The notes beneath the pieces are model-generated. The model was given only the letters and a program-made list of their open reading frames with translations, had not been told where the DNA came from and made no database searches. From positions 3,154,118 to 3,218,117 of the forward strand of contig OZ272519.1 of NCBI GenBank assembly GCA_965603855.1: a stretch of DNA of 64,000 nucleotides. The letters are read 5' to 3'. This document shows, in pieces, positions 18,972-29,110 of this stretch (positions within the stretch are counted from its first letter, which is position 1; each line of letters begins with the position of its first letter). The translations under genes were made by a program, and so were the position numbers. This DNA is from Alphaproteobacteria bacterium (GTDB taxonomy: Bacteria > Pseudomonadota > Alphaproteobacteria > UBA8366 > G965603855).

Positions 18972-20754
18972 GGATCCCTACCGTCACCTGCATACCGAGG
19001 ACTATGCCGACGCATTCGCGTCCGGACGGGTGGTTTGCGACGACATGGTCTTCATGGGCGGCCGCGACTTCGTCAGCCTGAACGGTGCCTGGCGCTTCGC
19101 GCTCGACCTGTTCGACGAGGGGCTGCGTCAGAGATGGTACCTGGACGAGCCGGGAGACCCGGCTGAGTGGACGGTTCCGCGCGACTATGACGGCGGCGAC
19201 TGGCAGACGGCGCCGGTCCCGTCATGCTGGAACCTGCTCAGGCCCGAATGGAAATACTTCGAAGGTTCGGCCTGGTACACGCGGCTGTTCCAGCCGCCGG
19301 ACCTGGCGCCGGGCGAACGCCTGTTCCTGCGGATCGGCGCCGCAAACTACGAAGCCCGGGTTTTCCTGAACGGCCGTTTCGCCGGCGGTCATCGCGGCGG
19401 CTCGACGCCGTTCTTCGTCGAGCTCGGACCGCACCTGTCCGACGGCGAGAACCGCCTGCAGGTCCAGGTGGAAAACCGCCGCCGGCCCGACCGCGTGCCC
19501 ATGCACCATACCGACTGGTTCAACTACGGCGGGCTCTACAGGGACGCATCGCTGGTGGTGACGCCGGACGTCTTCATCCGCGACTTCCGGATCGCCTTGG
19601 TGCCCGACGGACGTTTCAACCGCATTGCCGCCGAGGTGACGCTGTCCGCGCCGCAGGAGGGGCCGGTCCGTCTCGGCATCCCCGCGCTGGACATCAATGC
19701 CGAGATTCCCTTGACGGACGGCCGCGGCCGCCTTGAGGTCGAAGCGCGCCCGGAGCTTTGGAGTCCCGAGACGCCGCGGCTCTACGACGTGACCCTGTCG
19801 ACCGACGACGATGCGGTTGCGGACCGTGTCGGCTTTCGCGAGATCCGCACGCAGGGGCGCGACATCCTGCTGAACGGCGCCCCGCTGTTCCTGCGCGGCA
19901 TCTGCTGTCACGAGGACGATGCCGCCATGGGCAAATGCACCAACGCCGACGACATCGACCGACGTCTTGCCCACGCAAAGGAAATGGGCGCCAACTGCAT
20001 CCGGCTTGCCCATTATCCCCATCACGAGGACGTGGCCCTGCGTGCCGACGAAGCGGGCATGCTGCTGTTCGCGGAGATTCCGGTCTATTGGGCGATCGAC
20101 TTCGAGAACCCAGACACCTTTGCCGATGCGGAAAACCAGTTGCGCGAACTGATCCGCCGCGATGCCAACCGTGCCAGCGTCATCCTCTGGGGCGTGGGCA
20201 ACGAAAACGCGGACACCGACGCGCGCTTTGGTTTCATGCGCGCGCTGGCCGACACGGCGCGCGCCGAGGACCCCACCCGCCTGGTGACCGCGGCCTGCCT
20301 GATAAACCGTGAGACCTTTCGTATCGACGACCGGCTGGCCGACGCGCTCGACGTTATCGGCCTCAACGAGTATTTCGGCTGGTACGAGCCCGATTTCGCC
20401 GAGCTTGAGACGCTGATCGCCAATTCCGACCCCGACCGGCCGGTGATTATCACCGAATGCGGGGCCGACGCGGTGACCGGCCGCACCGGGGCGCCGGGCG
20501 AGCTATTCTCAGAGGCGCACCAGGCCCACGTGCTGGACACCCAGTTCACCACCGTCACCAAAGCACCCTACGTACGCGGGTTCTTTCCCTGGCTGCTTTA
20601 CGACTTCCGCACGGAACGCCGGCAAACAGGCTTTCAGCGCGGCTACAACCTCAAGGGCCTGATCGACCGCGACAAGAACCGCCGCAAGGCGGCCTTCGCC
20701 GCACTGCGCCGGCGCTACGAAGAGTTGGCCGGCGCCACCACAACCGCCCCCTGA
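18964..20754 (+). CDS. Glycoside hydrolase family 2 protein (beta-galactosidase/beta-glucuronidase-like)
   Basis: NGAWRFALD sugar-binding-domain motif. The TIM-barrel region FLRGICCHEDDAAMGKCT...CIRLAHYPHHE...EIPVYWAID is typical of GH2. Confidence 0.75.
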   Translation: MAEDPYRHLHTEDYADAFASGRVVCDDMVFMGGRDFVSLNGAWRFALDLFDEGLRQRWYLDEPGDPAEWTVPRDYDGGDWQTAPVPSCWNLLRPEWKYFEGSAWYTRLFQPPDLAPGERLFLRIGAANYEARVFLNGRFAGGHRGGSTPFFVELGPHLSDGENRLQVQVENRRRPDRVPMHHTDWFNYGGLYRDASLVVTPDVFIRDFRIALVPDGRFNRIAAEVTLSAPQEGPVRLGIPALDINAEIPLTDGRGRLEVEARPELWSPETPRLYDVTLSTDDDAVADRVGFREIRTQGRDILLNGAPLFLRGICCHEDDAAMGKCTNADDIDRRLAHAKEMGANCIRLAHYPHHEDVALRADEAGMLLFAEIPVYWAIDFENPDTFADAENQLRELIRRDANRASVILWGVGNENADTDARFGFMRALADTARAEDPTRLVTAACLINRETFRIDDRLADALDVIGLNEYFGWYEPDFAELETLIANSDPDRPVIITECGADAVTGRTGAPGELFSEAHQAHVLDTQFTTVTKAPYVRGFFPWLLYDFRTERRQTGFQRGYNLKGLIDRDKNRRKAAFAALRRRYEELAGATTTAP

Positions 20755-20777
20755 TCGGCACCGGCCTCGCTGCCCCT

Positions 20778-20791
20778 TTGACGCAGATCAT
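20778..20791 (+). promoter_or_regulatory. Putative FNR/NnrR-type box upstream of nosR
   Basis: TTGAC-GCAG-ATCAT matches TTGAT-N4-ATCAA at 8 of 10 positions and lies about 125 bp upstream of the proposed nosR start. Confidence 0.3.
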
Positions 20792-20914
20792 ACCCGGCGC
20801 GTCGCAAAATCCGCAGGATGGCCGGCAAGACGAACAAGACGGCCGTTCAGGCGCGTGGGCACCGTATCCGAGACAGGCAACGCAGAACTCCTACAACCGG
20901 AGACTCAGGCGTCG

Positions 20915-23146
20915 ATGGATGGCATGACGCGCAGCTACAAGCCACCGGCCGAGGGTTCACTATCCTTCGCCACGGGCTGTTTGCTGTTCGTTGTCCTTCT
21001 TGCAGCCTGTCTGTGGGTTTCGGAACGCGCGGCCGCGCAATCCTCCCCCTATCTTGACCAGTTCCTGGACGAAGTGCCGGCGGACCGGCTGGTCCCCGAG
21101 GCCGACGGCTACGGCCCCGTCGCCGACGGCATCCCCGTCGTCCCGATCCAGAAGAACGGCGAGACCGTCGGCTACGCCTACATCACCACGGACTTCGTCG
21201 GGACCACGGGGTATTCCGGCAAGCCGATTCACGTCATGGTCGCCGTCGCGCCGGACGGCAAGCTGTTGGCCGCCGAGCTGGTCAAGCATTCCGAACCGAT
21301 CGTCCTGATCGGCATTCCTGACAAGAAAATCAAAGACTTGACCGAAGGTTACGCCGGCCTTGACCTGGTCGCGGAAGCTGCCGCCGGCGGTTCGGGGCAC
21401 GAAATCGATATCGTCTCCGGCGCGACCGTCACGATCATGGTCATCGACGATTCCATCGTCCGCTCGGGACTGAAGGTGGCGCGCGCGCTGGCTCTCGGCG
21501 GCCTCGAGCCAGAGGTCATGGCGTCCGGACCCAAGCGAGAGATCGATCCCGATGTCGAGGCGGGACGCGGCTGGACGACGATGGCGGGCGATGGGGGCGT
21601 CCGGCGCCTGTCCCTGGATATCGGCCAGATCAATGCCGCCTTCGAGGCGTCCGGCGATGCCGAGGCGATCGCGCGGCCCGAAAAGGGCAAGGAGTCCGAC
21701 ACATTCATCGACTTGCAAGCCGCCTTGGTCAGCGTGCCGGCGATCGGACGCAGTCTGATGGGTGACGCCGAATACAAGAACCTCACCGACTGGCTGAAGC
21801 CGGGCGAACACGCGATCCTGGTCATGGGCCGCGGGCGCTACTCCTTCAAGGGATCGGGGTATGTGCGCGGTGGCATCTTCGACCGCATTCAACTGATCCA
21901 AGGCGACCGCTCGGTCCGTTTCCGCGACCGCGGGCATCGCAGGCTGGGCGATCTTGCCCTGCCCGATGCGCCCAGCTTCACGGAATTGGACATATTCAAG
22001 ATCCCCACCGACGCGGAGTTCGAGCCGACAGAGCCCTGGCGGCTGCAATTGCTGGTGCAACGCGCGATCGGCGCCATCGAGCGGCGCTATGAGACCTTTG
22101 ACCTCGCCTACGCCTTGCCGGACGCCTATACCAGGCCACTGCCGACGGCTGCGGCCGCCACCCTGACAAGCCAGACCGACGCGGATGCCGAGGCCGCCGC
22201 CAAGCGCGCGCTGTGGCAACGCATCTGGAAGGACAATGTGTTCCTCATCGCGGCGCTGCTTGCCATGCTGGGCGTGCAGACCGTGGCCTTTTTCGGTCAG
22301 CGGTACCTGACGCTCAGCGAACGCGCGACCTTTTGGTTCCGGATCGGATTTCTCACGGTCACGCTGTTCTTCCTGGGCTGGTACGCCAACGCCCAGCTCT
22401 CGATCGTCAACCTGATGGCGCTGGGCGGCGCGCTGGTGACGGGGTTCACCTGGGATGCGTTCCTGATGGACCCCTTGATCTTCATTCTGTGGTTTTCGGT
22501 GGCCATCGCCCTGATCTTCTGGGGTCGAGGCGCCTATTGCGGCTGGCTGTGCCCATTCGGTGCGTTGCAGGAACTGACCAACCGCTTGGCCAAATGGGCC
22601 CGAATTCCGCAGATCGCGGTACCCTGGGCGTTGCACGAACGCCTGTGGCCGCTCAAATACATGATCTTCCTTGGCCTGTTCGGCATTTCGCTGGCCTCGC
22701 TGCCGCTGGCGGAGCAGTTCGCCGAGGTCGAGCCGTTCAAGACCGCGATCGTGCTGAAGTTCCAGCGGCCCTTGCCCTACGTTGCCTTCGCCGTCGGCCT
22801 GCTGGTCGTCGGTCTGTTCATCGAGCGTTTCTATTGCCGATACCTGTGCGCCCTGGGCGCCGCGCTGGCGATCCCCGGCAGAATGCGCATGTTCGACTGG
22901 CTGAAGCGCTATCACCAGTGCGGCAATCCCTGCCACGTCTGCGCCAACGAATGCATGGTGCAGGCGATCACGCCGCTGGGCGAGATTCACCCCAACGAAT
23001 GCCTGTACTGCCTGCACTGCCAGGTCCGGTATCAGGATGAACAGATTTGTCCGGTCATGATCAAACGCGCGCGCCGCCGGGCCCGGCTGCGCGGCGAACC
23101 CGAGATCGCCGACGCCTCGATGCCGGAAGCGCCGGGGCGCCTGTGA
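20915..23146 (+). CDS. nosR: NosR/NirI-family membrane regulator (FMN-binding, polyferredoxin)
   Basis: A periplasmic FMN-binding region, about six TM helices and the C-terminal Cys clusters CGWLCPFGALQE and CRYLCALGA...CHVCANEC...CLYCLHCQ. It sits directly upstream of nosZ. The start is ambiguous (20855, 20915 or 20924). Confidence 0.8.
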   Translation: MDGMTRSYKPPAEGSLSFATGCLLFVVLLAACLWVSERAAAQSSPYLDQFLDEVPADRLVPEADGYGPVADGIPVVPIQKNGETVGYAYITTDFVGTTGYSGKPIHVMVAVAPDGKLLAAELVKHSEPIVLIGIPDKKIKDLTEGYAGLDLVAEAAAGGSGHEIDIVSGATVTIMVIDDSIVRSGLKVARALALGGLEPEVMASGPKREIDPDVEAGRGWTTMAGDGGVRRLSLDIGQINAAFEASGDAEAIARPEKGKESDTFIDLQAALVSVPAIGRSLMGDAEYKNLTDWLKPGEHAILVMGRGRYSFKGSGYVRGGIFDRIQLIQGDRSVRFRDRGHRRLGDLALPDAPSFTELDIFKIPTDAEFEPTEPWRLQLLVQRAIGAIERRYETFDLAYALPDAYTRPLPTAAAATLTSQTDADAEAAAKRALWQRIWKDNVFLIAALLAMLGVQTVAFFGQRYLTLSERATFWFRIGFLTVTLFFLGWYANAQLSIVNLMALGGALVTGFTWDAFLMDPLIFILWFSVAIALIFWGRGAYCGWLCPFGALQELTNRLAKWARIPQIAVPWALHERLWPLKYMIFLGLFGISLASLPLAEQFAEVEPFKTAIVLKFQRPLPYVAFAVGLLVVGLFIERFYCRYLCALGAALAIPGRMRMFDWLKRYHQCGNPCHVCANECMVQAITPLGEIHPNECLYCLHCQVRYQDEQICPVMIKRARRRARLRGEPEIADASMPEAPGRL

Positions 23147-23183
23147 CGAACCAAGCCACAATCACGCACGAAGGGAGTAGACA

Positions 23184-25103
23184 ATGAAAGACGACAAGAC
23201 GAATGGAGGAATTTCACGCCGCGATCTGCTCAGCGGCCCTGCGAAGGGCGCGCTGTTTGTTGGCGCAGCAGCGGCCGCCGGCAGCGGCGCCGCAACCATG
23301 CTGGGCGGTCCCCGGCCCGCGGCGGCGCAGGAGCAAAGCCACACCCTGAAGCCAGGCGAGCTGGACGAGTACTACGGGTTCTGGTCGTCTGGTCAGTCGG
23401 GCGAGTTGCGCATCATCGGCGTGCCGTCGATGCGCGAACTGATGCGCGTGCCGGTGTTCAACCGCTGCTCTGCGACCGGCTGGGGCATCACCAACGAGTC
23501 CAAGAAGATCCTGACCGAGGGTTTGCTGCCGGAAACCAAGGAGTACCTGGCACGGCACGGCATGGAAACCTACCACAACGGCGACCTGCACCACCCGCAC
23601 ATGTCCTTCACCGACGGGACCTACGACGGACGGTATCTCTTCATGAACGACAAGGCGAACACGCGCGTGGCGCGGATCCGCTGCGACGTCATGAAGTGCG
23701 ACAAGATCATCGAGATCCCCAACGCGTCGGACATCCACGGCCTCAGGCCGCAGAAGTATCCCCGGACGGGGTATGTCTTCGCCAACGGCGAGCATCGGAT
23801 CCCGCTGCCGAACGACGGGAAGATCCTGGACGAACCCGACAAGTACGTCTCGATCTTCACCGCAATCGACGGCGACACGATGGAGATCGCCTGGCAGGTC
23901 ATCGTGAGCGGCAATCTGGACAACAACGACGCCGACTATCAGGGCAAGTACGCCTTTTCCACATGCTACAATTCCGAGGAAGGCGTGACCCTTGCCGAGA
24001 TGACAGAGGCCGAAATGGACCATGTGGTCATCTTCAACATCGCCCGAATCGAAGCGGCGGTGGAGGCCGGCAACTACGAGACCCACAGCGGCGTCAAGGT
24101 TCTCGACGGCCGCAAGGGCTCTGATCTGACCGCCTATGTGCCGATCGCGAACAGCCCGCACGGCTGCAACACAGCGCCCGACCGGAAGCACGTTGTGATC
24201 AACGGCAAACTGTCGCCGACGGTCTCGGTGATTGACGTGGACAAGGTGGAGGCCGTGTTCAACGGCGCGGATCCGCGGTCTTGCATCGTGGCCGAGCCCG
24301 AACTCGGCCTTGGCCCGCTGCACACCACTTTCGACGGAAGGGGCAATTGCTTTACAACCCTGTTCCTCGACAGTCAGATGGCCAAGTGGAACATGGACCT
24401 GGCAATCCGACAGTTCAATGGCGAGGATGTCGATCCGATCCTGGCGAAAACCGACGTCCATTACCAGCCCGGCCACAACCACGCGACCATGGGCGAGACG
24501 CTTGAGGCGGATGGCAAGTGGCTCATTTCGCTGAATAAGTTCTCGAAGGACCGCTACCTCAACGTGGGGCCGCTGAAGCCAGAGAACGAGCAGTTGATCG
24601 ACATCTCCGGCGAAACCCCGGTTCTTGTCCACGACAGCCCGACATTCGCCGAGCCGCACGATTGCATCCTGGTGCATCGGTCGAAGGTGAACCCGGTCAA
24701 TGTCTGGGAACGCGACGACCCGACGTGGGAAGACGCGCGCAGGCAGGCGGAGGCCGACGGCGTCGATCTCGAAGACGGCGCGGACGAGCCCATCCGCGAC
24801 GGCAACAAGGTCAGGGTCTACATGACCTCCATCGCCCCCAGCTTCAACCTTGAGAAGTTCACGGTGAAGCAGGGCGACGAGGTCACGATCTACGTCACCA
24901 ACATGGATGACGTGGACGACCTGACCCACGGGCTGACGGTGGGCAATCACGGCATCGCCTTCGAGGTCGCACCCCAGGCGACCGCGTCGGTGACCTTCAT
25001 CGCCGATCGGCCGGGCGTGCACTGGTATTATTGCCAGTGGTTCTGCCACGCGCTGCACATGGAAATGCGCGGGCGGATGATCGTCGAGCCCACAGCCGCG
25101 TAA
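23184..25103 (+). CDS. nosZ: TAT-dependent nitrous-oxide reductase (clade I NosZ)
   Basis: RRDLLSG twin-arginine signal, seven-bladed propeller region, and the C-terminal CuA cupredoxin motif [20 protein letters not shown]. Shine-Dalgarno sequence AAGGGAG upstream. Confidence 0.9.
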   Translation: MKDDKTNGGISRRDLLSGPAKGALFVGAAAAAGSGAATMLGGPRPAAAQEQSHTLKPGELDEYYGFWSSGQSGELRIIGVPSMRELMRVPVFNRCSATGWGITNESKKILTEGLLPETKEYLARHGMETYHNGDLHHPHMSFTDGTYDGRYLFMNDKANTRVARIRCDVMKCDKIIEIPNASDIHGLRPQKYPRTGYVFANGEHRIPLPNDGKILDEPDKYVSIFTAIDGDTMEIAWQVIVSGNLDNNDADYQGKYAFSTCYNSEEGVTLAEMTEAEMDHVVIFNIARIEAAVEAGNYETHSGVKVLDGRKGSDLTAYVPIANSPHGCNTAPDRKHVVINGKLSPTVSVIDVDKVEAVFNGADPRSCIVAEPELGLGPLHTTFDGRGNCFTTLFLDSQMAKWNMDLAIRQFNGEDVDPILAKTDVHYQPGHNHATMGETLEADGKWLISLNKFSKDRYLNVGPLKPENEQLIDISGETPVLVHDSPTFAEPHDCILVHRSKVNPVNVWERDDPTWEDARRQAEADGVDLEDGADEPIRDGNKVRVYMTSIAPSFNLEKFTVKQGDEVTIYVTNMDDVDDLTHGLTVGNHGIAFEVAPQATASVTFIADRPGVHWYYCQWFCHALHMEMRGRMIVEPTAA

Positions 25104-26380
25104 TGGCCCGGCGCCCCGTTTCTCTCGTCCGGCTGACGATGGCCGCTTTGGCCTTCGCGGCGGTCGACGCCCGTGCGGCCGAGATCGTCGTGCCGGCGCG
25201 GGACGGGGCGCTGGTCCGGGCAATCCAGGAGGCGCAGCCGGGCGATACGCTGCGCCTCCTGCCCGGCCGCCACACCGGGCCCATCCTGATCGACAAGTCC
25301 CTGACCCTGGACGGCGCCGGTGCCGCCCGCGTCGAGGGCACGGGACAAGGGTCGGTTATTTCAGTCGCCGCGCCGGACGTGTTCGTTCTCGGCCTGACAG
25401 TCTCCGGGTCCGGCTCGTCCAACCAGTACCGCGATTCCGGGATCGTTCTGCAGAAAGGCGCAACCCGCGCCGTTGTACGCGGCAACCGTCTGGTCGGAAA
25501 CCTGATCGGCGTCGACATTCATGGCGCCCGGGACGCCTCCGTCGTGGGCAACGTGATCGAAGGCCGCCGCGACCACCGCATGAACGACCGGGGCAACGGG
25601 GTCTATGTCTGGAACGCGCCGGGATCGAAGGTCATCGGCAACGACGTGCGATGGGGCCGCGACGGGATCTTCGTCAACACATCGCGCAACAACGAGTTTC
25701 GCGGCAACCGTTTTCGCGACCTGCGGTTCGCCGTCCATTACATGTACGCTAACGACAGCGTCGTGGCACACAACATCTCGATCGGAAACCATCTCGGCTA
25801 TGCCGTCATGTTCTCGCGGAACGTGCGGGTCGAAGGAAACCTGTCATCCGGCGACCGCGACTACGGCATCATGCTGAACTATGCCAACGACAGCATGGTC
25901 GCCGGCAACCGGGTCGAGCAGGCCGACGACCGCTGCGTGTTCATCTACAACGCGCACAAGAACCGTCTCGTGAACAACCGGTTCGAGGGCTGCCGCACGG
26001 GCATCCATTTCACCGCCGGATCTGAACGCAACGACGTCACCGGCAATGCCTTCATCGCCAACCGTACCCAGGTTAAATACGTCGGGACGCGCTGGCTGGA
26101 CTGGAGCGCCGACGGCCGAGGCAACTACTGGTCCGACCATGCGGCGTTCGACCTGGACGGCGACGGCATCGCCGATTCCATCTATCGGCCGAACGACGCC
26201 ATGGACCGCGTGCTGTGGAGCCAGCCGTCAGCCCGGCTGCTGCTCGGCACGCCGGCCGTCCAGCTGATTCGCTGGACGCTGTCGCGGTTCCCGGGCCTGA
26301 TGCCGGGCGGCGTGGTCGACCGGCGGCCGCTGATGCGGCCCGCCGATCCGGCGCCGCCGGACTGGCAGGCGCCGCTGTGA
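25103..26380 (+). CDS. nosD: Nitrous oxide reductase maturation protein NosD (periplasmic beta-helix)
   Basis: The ATG shares its A with the nosZ TAA stop. Signal peptide, then right-handed beta-helix repeats (NDVRWGRDGIFVN..., GNRFRDLRFAVHYMYAND...). Confidence 0.85.
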   Translation: MARRPVSLVRLTMAALAFAAVDARAAEIVVPARDGALVRAIQEAQPGDTLRLLPGRHTGPILIDKSLTLDGAGAARVEGTGQGSVISVAAPDVFVLGLTVSGSGSSNQYRDSGIVLQKGATRAVVRGNRLVGNLIGVDIHGARDASVVGNVIEGRRDHRMNDRGNGVYVWNAPGSKVIGNDVRWGRDGIFVNTSRNNEFRGNRFRDLRFAVHYMYANDSVVAHNISIGNHLGYAVMFSRNVRVEGNLSSGDRDYGIMLNYANDSMVAGNRVEQADDRCVFIYNAHKNRLVNNRFEGCRTGIHFTAGSERNDVTGNAFIANRTQVKYVGTRWLDWSADGRGNYWSDHAAFDLDGDGIADSIYRPNDAMDRVLWSQPSARLLLGTPAVQLIRWTLSRFPGLMPGGVVDRRPLMRPADPAPPDWQAPL

Positions 26381-27276
26381 CCGCGCTTGCCATAGAGCAC
26401 GCCGTCAAGCGGCGTGACGGCCGGGAGACCGTTGCCGACGTGAGCCTTGCGGTCGATGCGGGCGAACGGGTCGCCCTGCTGGGCCACAACGGCGCGGGCA
26501 AGTCGACGTTGATGAAACTGACGCTGGGGCTGACGCCGCTTGACGGCGGATCCATATCGGTGGTCGGGCATGCGCCGGGCTCGATTGCCGCCCGCCGGGC
26601 GGTGGCCTACCTGCCGGAAAATGTCGCCTTTCACAGATCGCTCAGCGGCCGCGAGCAGTTGCGCCATTTCGCCCGCCTCAAGGGCGAGCCCGTGGCCCGC
26701 GCGGACGCACTGTTGGAGCGGGTTGGCCTTGCCGCCGACGCCGACCGGCGGATCGGCACCTACTCCAAGGGCATGTGCCAGCGCCTCGGCCTTGCGCAGG
26801 CCCTGTTGGGTCGCCCGCGCCTGTCGTTGTTGGACGAGCCCACCTCGGGGCTCGACCCGGTGGCGCGCTGGGAGCTCTATGCGCTGATCGACGAGTTGGC
26901 CGCGGACGGCACCGCCGTCCTGTTGTCGTCGCACGCCCTGACCGAGCTTGAGGCCCGGACCGACCGGATCGCGATCCTGCGGGCCGGTCGGCTGGTGGCA
27001 GACGACAGCCTGGATGCGCTGCGTCGCGCGGCGGCGCTGCCGATCCGGCTGCGGATCGCCGGCAAACCCGACAGCGCGGCGGAACTGGTCTCCAGCCTCG
27101 GCGGGCGGCGCATCAACGGGCGCGCAGTCGAGCTGGTCTGCCGCCAGGAAGACAAGATGGCGCGGCTCGCCAGCGTGAACGCGCTTGGCCACCTGGTCGA
27201 AGACATCGACATCGTGCCGCCGGGCCTGGACGATCTCTACCGCCATTTCAGCAAGGACGAGGAGCCCGGGCGATGA
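26377..27276 (+). CDS. nosF: Cu-processing ABC ATPase NosF
   Basis: A GTG start overlaps the nosD stop (GTGA). Walker A GHNGAGKST, the ABC signature and Walker B are present. Confidence 0.8.
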   Translation: MTALAIEHAVKRRDGRETVADVSLAVDAGERVALLGHNGAGKSTLMKLTLGLTPLDGGSISVVGHAPGSIAARRAVAYLPENVAFHRSLSGREQLRHFARLKGEPVARADALLERVGLAADADRRIGTYSKGMCQRLGLAQALLGRPRLSLLDEPTSGLDPVARWELYALIDELAADGTAVLLSSHALTELEARTDRIAILRAGRLVADDSLDALRRAAALPIRLRIAGKPDSAAELVSSLGGRRINGRAVELVCRQEDKMARLASVNALGHLVEDIDIVPPGLDDLYRHFSKDEEPGR

Positions 27277-28094
27277 GCGCCGCCCTCGTCATCGCCCGGT
27301 GCGAGCTTGCGGTGGTCCGCCGCAATCTGTGGGTCGCGATCGCCGTTGGCCTGATGGCGCTGTTCGCGGTCGTCCTCACGCTGGCTGGTTCCGCACCTGC
27401 TGGCGTGGTCGGCGCCGATCGGCTGACCGTCAGCATCGCAAACCTGACGACGCTTTCGGTCTATCTGGTCCCGCTGATTGCGCTGCTGCTGTCTTTCGAC
27501 GCGGTAGCGGGCGAGCTTGACCGCGGCACGCTCGCGCTTGGGCTTTGCTATCCCGTCTCCAGGGCGGCGTTTCTTGCGGGCAAGTTCGTCGCCCATCTCG
27601 CCGTTCTGGCCGTGGCTCTGGGCGTTGGCTTCGGGATTGCCGGGGCGCTGTCTTTCCTGATGGGAGACGTCTCCAACCAGGGCCTGGTGGCGCTTGTTGT
27701 CCTCTATCTCAGCGCCCTTTTGCTGGGCGCCGCCTTCCTTGGGTTCGGCTATGCAGTCTCCTCGCTCGCCCGTCAGTCGGGCGCGGCGGCGGGGCTGGCG
27801 ATCGGACTGTGGCTGATCGGGATCGTGCTTTACGACCTGGGCCTTCTCGGGGTCCTGGTCGCCGACGACGGCGGCGTCTTCACGACCGCGGTCTTTCCCT
27901 GGCTGTTGGTGGCCAACCCGGCGGATGCCTTCCGGATCGTCAATCTGACGGGCTCGGAGGCGGCCATGCTGACATCGGGCTTTACCAACGCAACCGGCAC
28001 GCTTCCGGCATTCGCGCCGGCGCTTTCCGTCCTCGTCTGGCCGGCCGTCGCGCTGGCAATCGCCTGGGGCCTGTTCAGGAGGATCGAACCATGA
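27273..28094 (+). CDS. nosY: ABC-2 type permease NosY
   Basis: ATGA overlap with nosF. Six TM helices, 273 aa. Confidence 0.8.
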   Translation: MSAALVIARCELAVVRRNLWVAIAVGLMALFAVVLTLAGSAPAGVVGADRLTVSIANLTTLSVYLVPLIALLLSFDAVAGELDRGTLALGLCYPVSRAAFLAGKFVAHLAVLAVALGVGFGIAGALSFLMGDVSNQGLVALVVLYLSALLLGAAFLGFGYAVSSLARQSGAAAGLAIGLWLIGIVLYDLGLLGVLVADDGGVFTTAVFPWLLVANPADAFRIVNLTGSEAAMLTSGFTNATGTLPAFAPALSVLVWPAVALAIAWGLFRRIEP

Positions 28095-28606
28095 GGGTGA
28101 CGGCGCTGCTCCTCTGCCTGCTTCTTGCCGCCTGCGACGACGATGCCCGCGACGTTCCCCCGCCGATCGCCATGAGCGAGGAGGCGCTGGGATATTATTG
28201 CCAGATGAACGTCCTGGAGCATGACGGTCCGAAGGGACAGATCCACCTGGCCGGGTTTCCCATGCCGATCTGGTTCGCCCAGGTGCGCGACGGGATCGCC
28301 TATGTCAAATCCGGGGAAAGAAGCGCCGACATCCTGGCGTTCTACGTAAACGACATGGGCGCGGCCGGCGCCTGGAACGATCCCGGCGCAGACAACTGGA
28401 TCGACGCGAACGCCGCCCATTTCGTCGTCGGGTCGGGCGCGGTCGGCGGCATGGGCGCGCCGGAACTGGTGCCGTTCGCCAGCGCCGCCGACGCCCGGGC
28501 CTTCGCAGACCGTCGCGGAGGCACCGTCAAGCGGCTCGACCAGATCGACCCGGCCGACGTGCTCGGCCCCGTCGACATCAGCCAGCTGCCGAAACCGGCG
28601 TCGTGA
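28091..28606 (+). CDS. nosL: Copper chaperone lipoprotein NosL
   Basis: ATGA overlap with nosY. Lipobox LLAAC, then the YYCQMNV...Cu-binding region typical of NosL, 171 aa. Confidence 0.8.
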   Translation: MRVTALLLCLLLAACDDDARDVPPPIAMSEEALGYYCQMNVLEHDGPKGQIHLAGFPMPIWFAQVRDGIAYVKSGERSADILAFYVNDMGAAGAWNDPGADNWIDANAAHFVVGSGAVGGMGAPELVPFASAADARAFADRRGGTVKRLDQIDPADVLGPVDISQLPKPAS

Positions 28607-28628
28607 TTGCAGCCGGCGGATTCCGCCG

Positions 28629-29060
28629 TCACGCCTGCGGATCGCCGAAGTTCGACCCCGCATCCATCGGCGCCATGCGCACCAGCCGCGAGTCCGCGAC
28701 GCCCGCCTGGCGATGCGCCATGGCGGCACGGTAGTCCGGGTCGTAGACCATCTCCACGAAGGCGGCGACCGAGGGATATTCGGCGATGAAGCAGATGTCC
28801 CACTGCTCCGAGGCCTGCGGACCGATCAGCATCTGTTCGAACCGGCCGCGCCAAACGATGCGCCCGCCCAGCCGCGCCAGGATCGGCTCGCTCTCCCGTC
28901 CATAGGCGGCATAGGCCTCCGCACCGGTTGCGTCCCGTCCGTCCGCATACTCGGCCTTCGGCTTCAGGCGGATCAGATTCAGCATATGGATCGGCCCCGG
29001 CCGGTCGTTCGCCTTGAAGGCGGCGAAATCGTCACGGGTAAAGGCGGTATGGTCTGGCAT
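28629..29060 (-). CDS. DUF1330 domain-containing protein
   Basis: 143 aa. The core WDICFIAEYPSVAAFVEMVYDPDY matches DUF1330, a dimeric alpha+beta barrel-like family. Confidence 0.55.
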   Translation of the reverse strand: MPDHTAFTRDDFAAFKANDRPGPIHMLNLIRLKPKAEYADGRDATGAEAYAAYGRESEPILARLGGRIVWRGRFEQMLIGPQASEQWDICFIAEYPSVAAFVEMVYDPDYRAAMAHRQAGVADSRLVRMAPMDAGSNFGDPQA

Positions 29061-29110
29061 CGGATAGGATTTCCCTGATTGGTGCTGTTCGATCTGGCCC
29101 GGAGCCTTGC

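Noticed and set aside
28607-28640. A possible terminator hairpin after nosL (GCCGGCGGATTCCGCCG)
   Set aside because: The stem is imperfect and there is no T-tract, so it is not convincing.
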